A stretch of DNA of 64,000 bases. Origin: Gekko japonicus (Eukaryota). Position 1 is the stretch's first letter. Each line of letters starts with the position of its first letter. The notes under the pieces were generated by a model, which was given only the letters and a program-made list of their open reading frames with translations, made no database searches and was not told the DNA's origin. Location of the stretch: NCBI RefSeq assembly GCF_001447785.1, contig NW_015168044.1:2426503-2490502 (forward strand). Direction: 5' to 3'. Shown piece by piece: positions 48,325-59,384 of the stretch. A program made the position numbers and the translations under genes.

Positions 48325-48810
48325 TATTTATTTATTTAATTAGATTTACTAGGCTGCCCTTCCCTACTAGTAGGGCTCAGGGAGGCTTACAACAAAATAA
48401 TATACAAATCTCAGATTAAAACTAAATTAAAGCAGCCCGATAAATACCAAGTACCTAAAACAGCATAGACAAAATGGCGAAAACACAGCGTATATAAGAT
48501 GGCGGAAAGATTCCAGCTCCCCAGGCTCCCTATGGGGAGGGGTTCGAGGGATGGGGACTTGTGTAAGCGTGCCAAAGGATGTCCCCGTAGCTGTACTCAA
48601 CTGAAAGTACGGTGGAACATCTCTGCCTTGCATGCCCTGTGGAATGGTAATAACTCCTGCAGGGCACAGATGTCTTCCAGCAGAGTGTTCCACCAGGCAG
48701 GGGAACACCCCTGGTCAAGGACAGCTGAACTTCTCTCGGGCTGGTGACCACCAGGAAGTTCTTATTTCATGAGCATAACACTCTTCCAGGGGCATACTGG
48801 GAGAGGCATT
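48325..48810 (-). mobile_element. L2 3' fragment
   Basis: (ATTT)n + gggctcagggaggcttac; ttccaccaggcagggg remnant of the RT C-terminus. Confidence 0.75.
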
Positions 48811-49149
48811 CCAAAAATGTTTGGAATTTTTCTGCAAACCTGGCTTTGTAGAATAATAGGCCTCATCTATGCTTGGCCTCATTGTGGAGGTTTTTTGGCC
48901 TGCACTCTGTAGCCTGGGTTTAGAATAAGATATAAAAGTATTCCAGTGACCCCTGCATGACTGGGGCCAGAACTACCATGAAACAGAAATAATTCATCTT
49001 ATTCCGGCACTCCCTAAGACAGGAAAAGTTGCCCATCAGGTGCTTATTTACTCCCTTAAAAAAAAGTTTAGCGTACATCTGCTGCCTTGATGTTTAATTT
49101 TTTGCTTGTTACCAACTTATCCCCTCTCATCTCTTATTGCTGTGATCCT

Positions 49150-49400
49150 ACATAATTTGAAAACTGTGGACATATCTGCATCTCCTCGTTGTCTTTTCTC
49201 TAAGCTAAAGATTCTTCATCCCTTCATCCTCTTCTCACATGACTTGTCTTCTACAGCTTTGATAATTAAAAACGTCTTTGCAAATCCTTTCCAACTCGTC
49301 AGTATCCTTCTTGTGCCATAGGGGCCACCACTGAAGTGTCATTAGTACTGAGTGAAATGATACAGTAAATTCTTGAATCCTGGAATTTACCCCTGTCTAG
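49150..49400 (-). mobile_element. Ancient CR1-like fragment
   Basis: tcttttctctaagctaaa...cccttcatcctcttctcacatg typical of CR1 3' regions. Confidence 0.5.
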
Positions 49401-50078
49401 CCAACTATATTCTCTTCTCTGACTAATAACAGCTTTTCTGGCCAGTGCCTTTCCTAGCCTTTTTTAAATAAAAGTCTCCATGCAGTGATCTGAAGAACTT
49501 GCACATGTAAAACCTGAACTCTTCCACTCATACATGGACATATCTCTCATTCTGTTTCGGCTAGTGCATTTGGTTTTCAATATTCCAGGCTGTATAGCCT
49601 GAAATACATTGATATAGTAGTGTAGTAGTTCTGTGTGCATCTTCAGCAAAACTCCATGCAATAGTGTTTGGTGCCAGCAATGCTGCTTTGTGGCCGGGCC
49701 ACCAGTGTGTCATAGGACATAGGTGATTAATGTGAACATAAACTAAGCAGACATGCTAGTTAAAATGTTCGTACATCAGTGATGTTGGTGAACCCCCTTG
49801 TAAGGCTGAATTATGTTTGTTTGTGCAGAGGTTATATGTAATCTCACGGGAGGTTCTGCATAAACCCTGTTGAAATGAAAGGGCACTACACAGTGTCCAT
49901 TGATTTATGAGTTGGTCTGCAAGTGATAGGAGCTTATCTGTATAAGTAGACTAGAAATAGCATGTCTTTAACTAACAGAGCTATGGTTTAAGAGCTGAAA
50001 GCTAGACCATTTGCTTTTATTGATGAATAATTTTTGGGTCTTTTCCCCCCTCCTTTCTTCTTTCTCCACACTTTTTAG

Positions 50079-50281
50079 GTGGTGGCCAGCTGAGATCTGC
50101 AACCCCAGGTCTGTTCCTCTCAACATACAGGGCCTCAAACATGATATCGGGGACTTCCCAGTATTTTTCTTTGGTTCACATGACTACTATTGGGTACACC
50201 AGGGCAGAGTATTCCCTTATGTTGAAGGAGACAAAAGCTTTGCCGAGGGGCAAACTAGTATTAACAAGACCTTCAAGAAAG
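50079..50281 (+). CDS. NSD3: NSD3 exon 17, PWWP2 ([38 protein letters not shown]...KTFKK)
   Basis: Long pyrimidine tract, tag acceptor, gtaaaa donor. Confidence 0.97.
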
Positions 50282-50593
50282 GTAAAATTAAACAAAATTT
50301 TATAGTGGTTTAAGTAAAAAAAACAAAAAACACCACCACAAAACTGCATGGAATTGCATGGAAAATAGTGTTTTGTGTCCATGTGAAACTGCAAGTTCTA
50401 TTTAATTCCCTTGAGTGCTGATTAAAATGCTTTTGCTCTCTATGCCTTATTGTGAGTAGTACCTATTCTGGCAGAATGTCCTATTTCTTCTGTAAATACT
50501 TAATCCAGTAGCACATTTGGATGTTAGATATTGTCTGTAAGAGAAGAAAGTCCCTCTCTCCCTTCTCTCTCATACAGAAGAGAATGCCTCATC

Positions 50594-50995
50594 CAGGGGT
50601 CATTTCGTAGAAAAAGAGGTGCAGGAGCTCATTAGCATAACTCCTTTGCATATGCCACACCCCTGGCATCACCGGAAGTGTGTCAGAAGGCAACGCCCAC
50701 AGCTCAGGGTCCACTGGACTGTTTTGGATTCCTAGCTATTGGGGGTGGGGAAACGGGCAGATCTGTCCTCGCAGAGGAGGGAGAGCTTGTACCTGAATAA
50801 AACCTGGTCTTAAAGGTGCCACTGGACTGTTTTGGACTGGGGGGCCGGGGGAAGCTCTTCAACTTACCTGGCTGCTTCTTGCTCTGACTGAGGGCTGCTG
50901 GGAGCAGGGGGTGGGGCTTGTTGCATGTGCCCGCCCCCTGGGCTCTTTACTGCCGGAGCTCCGCTCCTGTGAGCTCCTGCAGGAAATGACCCCTG
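50594..50995. mobile_element. hAT-type MITE
   Basis: TIR CAGGGGTCATTTC / GAAATGACCCCTG; perfect TSD gcctcatc (50586-50593, 50996-51003). Confidence 0.92.
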
Positions 50996-51335
50996 GCCTC
51001 ATCTAATACTCTCCAAGAAGAGGCATTCACTCTTCTCTCTTGTACAGGGGAGAATGCCTCTTCCAAGATGATGCCTGCTGGGAAGAGTGTGCACATTATC
51101 TTAAACCAAGGAAAGCATGTTGTAACCCCTCCTCAAATTGTTTTTCTTATGATGCTGATTTGTACATTTAAATACATAATCAACTAAAATTTCCTTAACT
51201 GGGTGACAACCCCAGTGCCTCATATGATTGTTTAAAACCACGTTGTTATGGATTACCAAATCTCAGCTAATTGTGAAGCGCCCCTCAGCAATAGCTGCTC
51301 ACACTAACTCCCCTATTTTGGGCTTCTTCACACAG

Positions 51336-51448
51336 CACTTGAAGAAGCAGCAAAACGCTTCCAGGAACTGAAAGCACAAAGAGAAAGCAAAGAAGCACTT
51401 GAGATTGAGAGGAATTCGAGAAAACCACCTCCCTACAAACACATTAAA
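51336..51448 (+). CDS. NSD3: NSD3 exon 18 ([37 protein letters not shown])
   Basis: ctaac branch point, cacag acceptor, gtgagt donor. Confidence 0.97.
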
Positions 51449-52289
51449 GTGAGTCCTTTCTCTGTTTTAATTTTGGATGAGATAGGCATAATGTTGCACT
51501 GGGCTTTACACAGAGGGATGCTTTAAGGAATCAATTTGCTGTTCTTGATTAATTTGAAGAACTGTACACATGATCGCTTATGGTGATCATAATAGTGGGT
51601 TTGCTGGGATAAGTTTGCCTCCCTTTTTGGGCATTACAGTAATGTGATTGTAAAACTCTCTCTTTGATAGCCCTTTCACATAATCATGCTGTTGTGTGTT
51701 GAAAAATAAGGTCATGTAAACTGGCTGCTAATCGACCACAGTTTAACAACCACAAATAAACCCCACTTGCTTTAAGAAAAATGCACGTATCAACAACAGG
51801 AGCTCTATTGTGTTGATTAAGGCAAAAGCCTTTTCCAGTCTGAGGATATTTTTTGTTCTTCAAATGATCTTGTTTATTTTTATTATAAACTAATTTTTGG
51901 TGTGGAGTTTTTTGTTTTTGTTTTCACAAAAGGTGTTTGGTTTGGGGAGGTTAGGTTTGGGGTTGTTGTTTTGCAGTTTTTTTGCAAATGCTGCTGTTCA
52001 ATTTATGAAAAAAGACAACATGGGTGTGTGGGAGTTGGAAAGAATTGTCTGTTTTAGAAATAGGGCAGTTTAATGAGCTAGTATAAGTTTTCTATGTTGA
52101 ATACCCTTTTAAGAAGCACACTTGTTTGTAAAATCAGGTCTATGCAGGCCTGCTTGAAAGTCGGAAAGTTATTGTTTGCTATAGATTTTCTAATGTTCCA
52201 ACTTAGATTATATATAAGATTTTGTAATTGTGCATTTTTCCGTAAACTCTATGGCCCTTTTTGCTCATTCACTACGTTGGCATTTATGT

Positions 52290-52680
52290 AGCATTTTCAG
52301 TGCTGTAGTGCTTCACATATGTTATCATGATCATTCTTACAACAGCCCTATAAAGTAAGCAAGTATGATTACCCCATATTATAAGTGGGAGCCTAAGTCT
52401 ATGAGAAAGTGGTTTGCTAATAGATAAATTGTATGTGCGAAAAAGCTGCCTATAGATATCACACTGATATGTGGGATGTAGTGGTGAAGAGATTGAGCGG
52501 TGATCTGGGAGATTTTTAGCACAAATCTTCTTCTCTGAACCTCTTATCCACAGCTCCTGATCTGCAATATGGGTATAAAGATACTGGCCTAGCTTACAGG
52601 GCTGTTGTACAGATTGCAGGAAAATAATGTACATGAAGCACTTTGAACACTGAAAGCACTATATAAATGTTAAGTATTCT
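52290..52680. mobile_element. Old MIR-like SINE remnants in opposite orientations
   Basis: cttacaacagcccta...ccccatatt versus aatatggg...cagggctgttgt...gcactttgaacac. Confidence 0.55.
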
Positions 52681-52839
52681 TCTGTCACCACAAATATAGT
52701 GTTTTTTAGTTGTCAAATGTTTTTATTCAAGTGATGAGAACTCAAATGGTGTACATGCATGTGTGACTGGACCTTGTGTAAATGTGCATACACACATGCC
52801 AGAAACCCAGGTTTTACCTTTGTGTTCTCTCTTCCACAG

Positions 52840-53109
52840 TCCAATAAAGTAGTAGGGAAGGTTCAGATTCAAGTTGCAGACTTGTCTGAAATCCCTCGTT
52901 GTAACTGCAAGCCAACAGACGAGAACCCTTGTGGCCTGGAATCAGAGTGTCTGAACCGAATGCTACAGTATGAGTGCCACCCCCAAGTTTGTCCTGCAGG
53001 AGAGCGCTGTCAAAACCAGTGCTTCACCAAAAGACTCTATCCAGAAGCAGAAATCATAAAAACAGACCGGCGTGGCTGGGGCCTTAGGACAGTACGGAAC
53101 ATTAAAAAG
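52840..53109 (+). CDS. NSD3: NSD3 exon 19, AWS and start of SET ([23 protein letters not shown]...[13 protein letters not shown])
   Basis: 270 bp; Cys-rich AWS domain and GWGL SET motif. Confidence 0.98.
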
Positions 53110-53979
53110 GTAGCGTCTGATTTTTATTAGAACTTTCCCCCCCTTTGACTTCACAGCAGGGACCACTCAAAGAGCATAAGTGAAAAACAATTCCTATTGG
53201 TTCAACAAGTTCAAAACTACTGCTTACTATTCCATCAGAAATGAAAGCAATGTGCTGTGACACTTATATTTTGTTGTGGCATGAGCAACGGGAACTGGCA
53301 GCCTACGCCATCTCATGGCCCCCATGATCTTCTGGCTGGAATTTTCAGAGTGAACATATAAGAATAGAAGAGGTTTTTTAATATTGTTCTTATGACAGAG
53401 AAAGTTCACTCAGCCATGGATCTCATTGTATACCTTTGGCACAATCGCTGTGCCTCAGCCCTAACCTGACTATGATGTCGTAAGGATAAAACGGAGGGAC
53501 ATCTCATATAGGCCCTCCTGGGCTCTTTGGAGTTCTGTTCTCCACACATCTCAAGTGGCTTGACGGCCTAATCTGAATGTGTACAAGTAATTTATATTTG
53601 AACTATTTTGTAAAATAACTTCAGGACCAGTGAGTCAAATCTCAAAATATCTTGAATAATGTTTAGCACTTTACATGGAACAGCTTTTCCAGCTTTAGGA
53701 ATTCTGCTCCCTTCTTTTACCACTGAGACTTAATGGCTAATGCAGATCTTTGAGCAGTTATGTCATTGTAGAGTAATATGCTCTTTTGGCGAAGCATGGG
53801 GAGATGAGACCACTCTTGAATCAGCATGATGTATAGAATTGATATTTTCTGGGCTACTACTTAGGAGTTTTATATAAATAGGTTTATTTCTAAAGGATGA
53901 TATTTTATCGATGCCCCAGTTTATTGGGTGTACCTTTATGTTTTTAAACATTATTTTTGTTAGCCAGTATGAAAGCATT

Positions 53980-54194
53980 ATCTAGCCCTGGATAGCCCGA
54001 TCTTGTCAGATCTTGGAAGCTAAGCAGGGTCAGCCTGTCAAGTATTTGGATGGGGGACCTCCAAAGAATACAAGGGTTGTGATGTGGAGGCAGGCAATGG
54101 CAAACCACCTCTCAACATCTCTTGCCTTGAAAACTGTGCGGGGTTGCCATAGGTCAGCCGTGACCCGACGGCACTTTCCACCACCGCCACCACC
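53980..54194 (+). mobile_element. 5S rRNA-derived SINE with RTE/BovB-like tail
   Basis: gcccgatcttgtcagatcttggaagctaagcagggtc...tggatggg matches 5S rRNA; aggcaatggcaaaccac RTE-type tail; (CCA)n end; 11-bp TSD atgaaagcatt. Confidence 0.88.
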
Positions 54195-54869
54195 ATGAAA
54201 GCATTTGGCTGAAACATTTTAAATAAGCAGATCAAATGAACAAATGCTACTGATGAGGAACTGGTGCCTGGATTTTATTTATTTAAAATTTATTAGCCAC
54301 CTTTCTATCTTATAGGTACTCAAGGCAGCTTACAGTATAAATAATAATAAAATACATAAAACCCACTAGTTAAAACCAATTATTTAAAACTGCTGGTAGG
54401 CAGAAGAACTAATCAAATGTTAGTGGGCAATCTATGTTAGTATGGGACTGATGTAATACCCCCGGAGATCAATTTAACACAGCCGGTCCCAACATTAATA
54501 AGACGGGGCCTTTGTAATCTAGCTGTGGCTAGACATAGCATCAGGGATTTGAGAAGCATAAGCTTGAAATATTCTAATTAGGTAGGACTTGTTTTAGAGT
54601 ACAAATACTGTATAAGTCTAATACTTTCCCCCTGTTAAAGAAGTGATTATTATGAACTATAAATGCAGTTGTCCCTTAGAGAACCTTACTCCCCATTCTC
54701 CTAAGCGAAGTAGGGTGGAGGATTCCCTTAGATTCAATCATAATTTTTGGAACAGCTTTGAAACTTTACAACCATTCACAGCTTACCGCCGACAATGCAC
54801 CTTAAATAAATGATGTTAACGTAGATAGTACCCATCATCTTTTGAACAGCTCCCTAACCAGAGAGGCAG

Positions 54870-55010
54870 CTGAGGAGGAGGAGGAGGACTCTTTTTCAAG
54901 GACAAGCTTGTGACTGACCCAAGGTCACATCAGCAGGTGCAAGTGGAGGAGTGGGGAATCAAACCCGGTTCTCCCAGATTAGAGTCCGCACACTTAACCA
55001 CTACACCAAA
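54870..55010 (-). mobile_element. tRNA-derived Squam3-like SINE 5' part
   Basis: Reverse complement gives gtttggtgtagtggttaag...gggtttgattccccactcctcc (A/B boxes). Confidence 0.75.
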
Positions 55011-55529
55011 CTTGGGTGACCTGCAGAATACGCTCCAATAGTCTGAGATATCTAAAAATGGGGACTCAATATTGAGTCTGTTGGCTTCACAGACTTTTCT
55101 TATTGCAGACTCTCTAAAAATATATATGAAAAAATAGATTATCTATCCACTCAAATCCCAAGTAGTAATCCACTGAAGGACTGGAGGAAAGCTCATTAAT
55201 GTTGTGAAAGATCCTTCTGTTCCAGACCGTTGTAGAATTGTGTTAGACATTTATCACTTTGGAGGAAAAATTATTACTTGGAATAATAAATGACTTATAA
55301 AAGAGCATCTAACATACACCCTGCCTCAATTAAAATATTATGATTATCTAGCAACCTTCATTTTTTTCGATTAATGCTTTTATTTTACTCCCCCAAACTT
55401 CCATCTTTAATTTTGTCAAATTGGGAATGGTTTCATAGTCATGGCGTCTTCCCTCAGCACCCTCTCAAAACCACTGTAGTCACTCCTCTCCTTCCCCATT
55501 TGCCTCCAAAAGTATCAATGGCCCCAGTC

Positions 55530-57560
55530 ACACGGCAAAGTTGCCGCGGGAGAGGCACGGATGGTGGGCGGATTATCCGGGCACGATCACACCCCAACAT
55601 CTGGGAAGTGGAGCGCACCCGTGGCTTACCGCCGACAATGCGCCTTAAAAAACTAGTACCTCCAAGGTACTAGTAAACGTTTGCCACGGGCTGCCTCCAG
55701 ACGCCCGTGGTGTGATCGCGCCGGCGCGTGGCATTCCCCTCCGGTCCCTCGTTTACCTGCCGGCACCGAGGGAAGGACCCGTGGTGTGCCGCTGGCGCGT
55801 CTGATCGCGTAATCGCGCATTAAACTGCACCGGAGCAATTAGCCACACCTCCCCCCCATGATATCTGGCCCGTGTGACCGGGGCCTAGGTAGTCGTAAAT
55901 TAGTAAACTCTTAATAGTCAAGAGGCAGGGTTCTAAAGCTCTGGCGATTCCATTGATGGACTTAAGAGAACCACCAACTCCACAAGAAGCCAGAAAAGTG
56001 CTTGAACCGCAAAGGGTGAGGAAAAAATCAAAATTGCATCCCAGCATTTTCGAAGGAAATTGATCTGGATGCTCTTGATGGCAGTTTTAAAAATTCTTTT
56101 GAGGCTGTCCCTCTTGAAGAGCAAACTGATATTATTAAGAGATTTGAACAGTTACAAGGCCACTTGATTAAGGTCCAACAAAGGAATGCAACTACATTTG
56201 CTAACAATGACAAGATGAATAATAAGAGTGCAGAACTCACCACATTGCAATTGCATAAAAACTCCCAGCCCAGAGAAATAAACAAACAACCCATGAAGAA
56301 ACCAGAAGAAAAGGGAGCCCAGCTTTCATAGAAAAGGGACCCCCTTACTTCCCAGTACAGAAATTTTCTTGTGACGTTCCATCTGGTATTTCAGTCCCAG
56401 TCCCCCTTGAACCTAAAATTCAGATACATTCTGTAAATCCCAGTGTTGCCTTCTCAGCCAGCCCAATTGAAAATGGCATTCCTGACAGTCAGTGACAATG
56501 CCCTTATAGTAACACAGCAATAGTAAGTTGGAACGCAGCTAGTTGGAAGTCCAAAGTTCTCTTTTTAGATGTTAATTCTTTTCTATCTGCTTTTGATATC
56601 ATCTTATTCATCTTCAGTCTGACAGTCCAAGAGGCGAGTTAGCTGGCCTACTCTTAATATCTCTGAATTAGAGGTAGTTGCCTCATCTGATCTGATATCG
56701 GCTGCTTTGATACAATTGACTGATTTCTCCTTTATAGTAACATCAACTTTACAGTAACATCAACATGCTTTGACTCCTATTGGTCCCTTTTTTTGGAAAC
56801 CTATGACAGTTTGATCCATCAGTTCCCTAATTATCCGATCTTTATTGCAGGTGGTTTCAGTACTAGAACTGGTCAAGATGACAAGTGTTTGGTTAAAAAA
56901 TGGTTAGGTTGCAAGCCAGAAGAAACTAGCTTTCCTCATTTGTATAACAGATTCTCAAAAGATAAGACAGTTAACACTGCAGGACTCAAAATGTTTGATT
57001 TTTCCATGCAAAAAGGGTTGGTCATCTTAAATGGATGAAAAGGAATCTATGGAAAAGGTGAATTTACTTTTTTTGGCCATAAGGGGGCCAGTGTGATTGA
57101 TTACTTTATTATTGTGGCAGATTACTTCAGTTTAGTCCAGAAAGTTATCATGGAAGACTATACAGAGGGTGACCATCTTCCAATTTCTTTTAGCCTCTGC
57201 ACCCCTGTGGATAGTCATTTGCACTCTAAGCACTTGTGCCATCCAACTGATAAGCAGACATTATCCATTGTGTTCAATGGTCTTCTGCTGCTGAGGAGGC
57301 AACAGTTAATAACAACAAATAAATAATTAAGCTACTTGATTCCCAAGAATTTCTGGAAAGAGAGAAAAAGCTCCTTTCATGTAATTTAAAGAATAATTTC
57401 ATTACTCCTCTTTATTCCTTATTTAATATTTTTGAACCTCTATATATTAAGCCACACTTGGGCATTCAAGGAGTCAAAAGACCTAATAGTTGATTTGATG
57501 GTCAATGTAGGTTCTTAAAGAGAGCAATAGTTCACAATTTAAAAGGAATAACACATTGGA
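55530..57560 (+). mobile_element. Degraded LINE 5' part (GC-rich leader + APE endonuclease); clade uncertain
   Basis: IVSWNAA, IAGGFSTRTG (GDFNAR-like), RFSKDKTVNTAG, LVILNG, EFTF, SVIDY, GDHLP; left boundary uncertain. Confidence 0.75.
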
Positions 57561-57574
57561 AATGCCATTATGCA

Positions 57575-58320
57575 TAAAACTGTCTTTGGCTGTGTCCTAA
57601 AGAGGGTTCCAGGTGCACCTCCGTGGGGAGATTGTTACATAATCATAGGGTTGCCACTGAAAAGGTCCTCTCTTGTGTACTCACCAGACAAGCTTCTTTG
57701 GTTGATGGGACAGCGAAGAAAGCCTCCTCCTGTGGTCTTCATTTCTGGGCAGAACCACATAGGAGAAAATATTCCAGTCCCAATCCATGCAGGGCTTTAG
57801 AGGTCAAAACCAACACCTCGAATTGGGCTTGGGAGTGGATCAGAAGCCAGTGTAATTACTGCAGGATTGGATCATGTGATCCTAGTAACTGTCTAGAGAG
57901 TGTTCTGCAATATCTGTAGCATTCAAATACTCTCCAAAGGTAGTCCCAAGTAGAGCTTGTCGCAGTAGTTCAGTCTAGATCAGCCAGAGCAAAGAACAGA
58001 TGTAGCTGGTGCACCAGCCAAAGCTGGGTAAAAGCCCTTCAGACCACAGCAGCTACCTAATTTTCAAAGGTGACAGCTGTGTCGAGCAGGACTCCCAAAC
58101 TGTGAACCTGACTTTTCAAGGGGAGTGTAACTTCATCCAAGATGGGGAATTTCAAGTCTCCGGTCTGTCTTTCTACTAGCCCAGAGCACATTTGTCTTGT
58201 CAGGATTAAGTTTCAGTTTGTTCGCCCTCATCCAGCTCATTACTGACTTCAAGCACCAATTTAGAACATCAGTAGCTTCCTTGGAATTAGGTGGGAATGA
58301 AAGGTAGAGCTGGGTGACTT
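57575..58320 (-). mobile_element. Old L2 RT C-terminal fragment
   Basis: caggattaagtttcagtttgttcgccctcatccag reads WMRANKLKLNP on the minus strand; also LDY-like and FSVA remnants. Confidence 0.75.
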
Positions 58321-58568
58321 GCTAAAGGCTGCACAGTTAATTGTGGCAATATAAGCTCAACTCAGGCACCAAAGATCCAAGACCAACTTTCTGTGTGTCT
58401 GCACTGCACTATAAGGGAAGTCTCTTAAGACACTATGTGTAGGGCGGGATACAAGTCGCAAAATAAATTAAAAAAAAAAAAATAAGGACTTGGTAGGGGG
58501 TGGAGTTCTGCTTATTCTCTGTAGTAACAGCACCAATTGTAATTGTGAGTGTCTTTTACTTCTTTCAG

Positions 58569-58685
58569 GGTGAATTTGTAAATGAGTATGTTGGTGAACT
58601 GATTGATGAGGAAGAATGCAGATTGCGAATCAAGCGTGCCCATGAGAACAGCGTGACAAATTTTTATATGTTAACTGTTACAAAG
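58569..58685 (+). CDS. NSD3: NSD3 exon 20, SET ([39 protein letters not shown])
   Basis: ttcag acceptor, gtaaag donor, 117 bp. Confidence 0.98.
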
Positions 58686-59384
58686 GTAAAGGAACACTCT
58701 CGTGCATGATGTTGTTTCACTGATGGACTGGCAAGCCATGAGGCATGTGCTAACCATGCTCACTTTAAAAAATGTAATGTCAGTGAAATCTATTTCCAAG
58801 AAGATATGGCAGTCTACAGTAGCTGCCACATCTTTGCATTGCAAAGGATATCGGATAAGCCCTTTGCAGCCTGCCTGCTCCATAATCTCCTGCAGGCCAG
58901 TTTTGGTATGTGAGAAGAGGTCTGATGGAACCTGAATTGTCCATGAAGACTTCAGTATCCATGAAGCAGTTCATTCAGCTGGAGTGGGAGGGCTGGATAT
59001 GTTTTTTTTAAAATACAGCATTTTCCTGTACGCCTAAGCTGTTCATACACACATGATTGCATGCATGCACAAATGTTGGCAGGGGCCAGTTCACTACCAT
59101 CTCCAGTTGATGGGCTGCACAGTGGATCTGTACATGAGGCATTCACTTTGCTAATATAGAGTGTGGTGATAATATCTACAGCTTATGTAGCATGTTTCAA
59201 GTGTTCAAAGCTCTTCACATATATTATTTTATTAATTTGTAATACTATATCTTTATTCCCCGAGTGGAATGGTGGTGGTGGTGTTGTTGAATAAGGGAAT
59301 GTTTTAAGGCTACCTAACAAGTTTGTGGGTGAGGACTAAACTAGACATGCCCCATCTTACGGGGGAGGCGACCACTTGCTGAAT

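Larger units (their letters stand above)
6591..58685 (+). other. NSD3: NSD3 (WHSC1L1) gene body, internal coding exons 3-20 (numbering by homology to human)
   Basis: Spliced translation gives the NSD3 domain order PWWP1-PHD1-4-PWWP2-AWS-SET. All exons have AG acceptors and phase-compatible donors. Both gene ends are outside the window. Confidence 0.98.

Noticed and set aside
53990-54080. 5S rRNA gene
   Set aside because: Truncated, diverged, fused to a LINE-like tail and flanked by a TSD; it is a SINE
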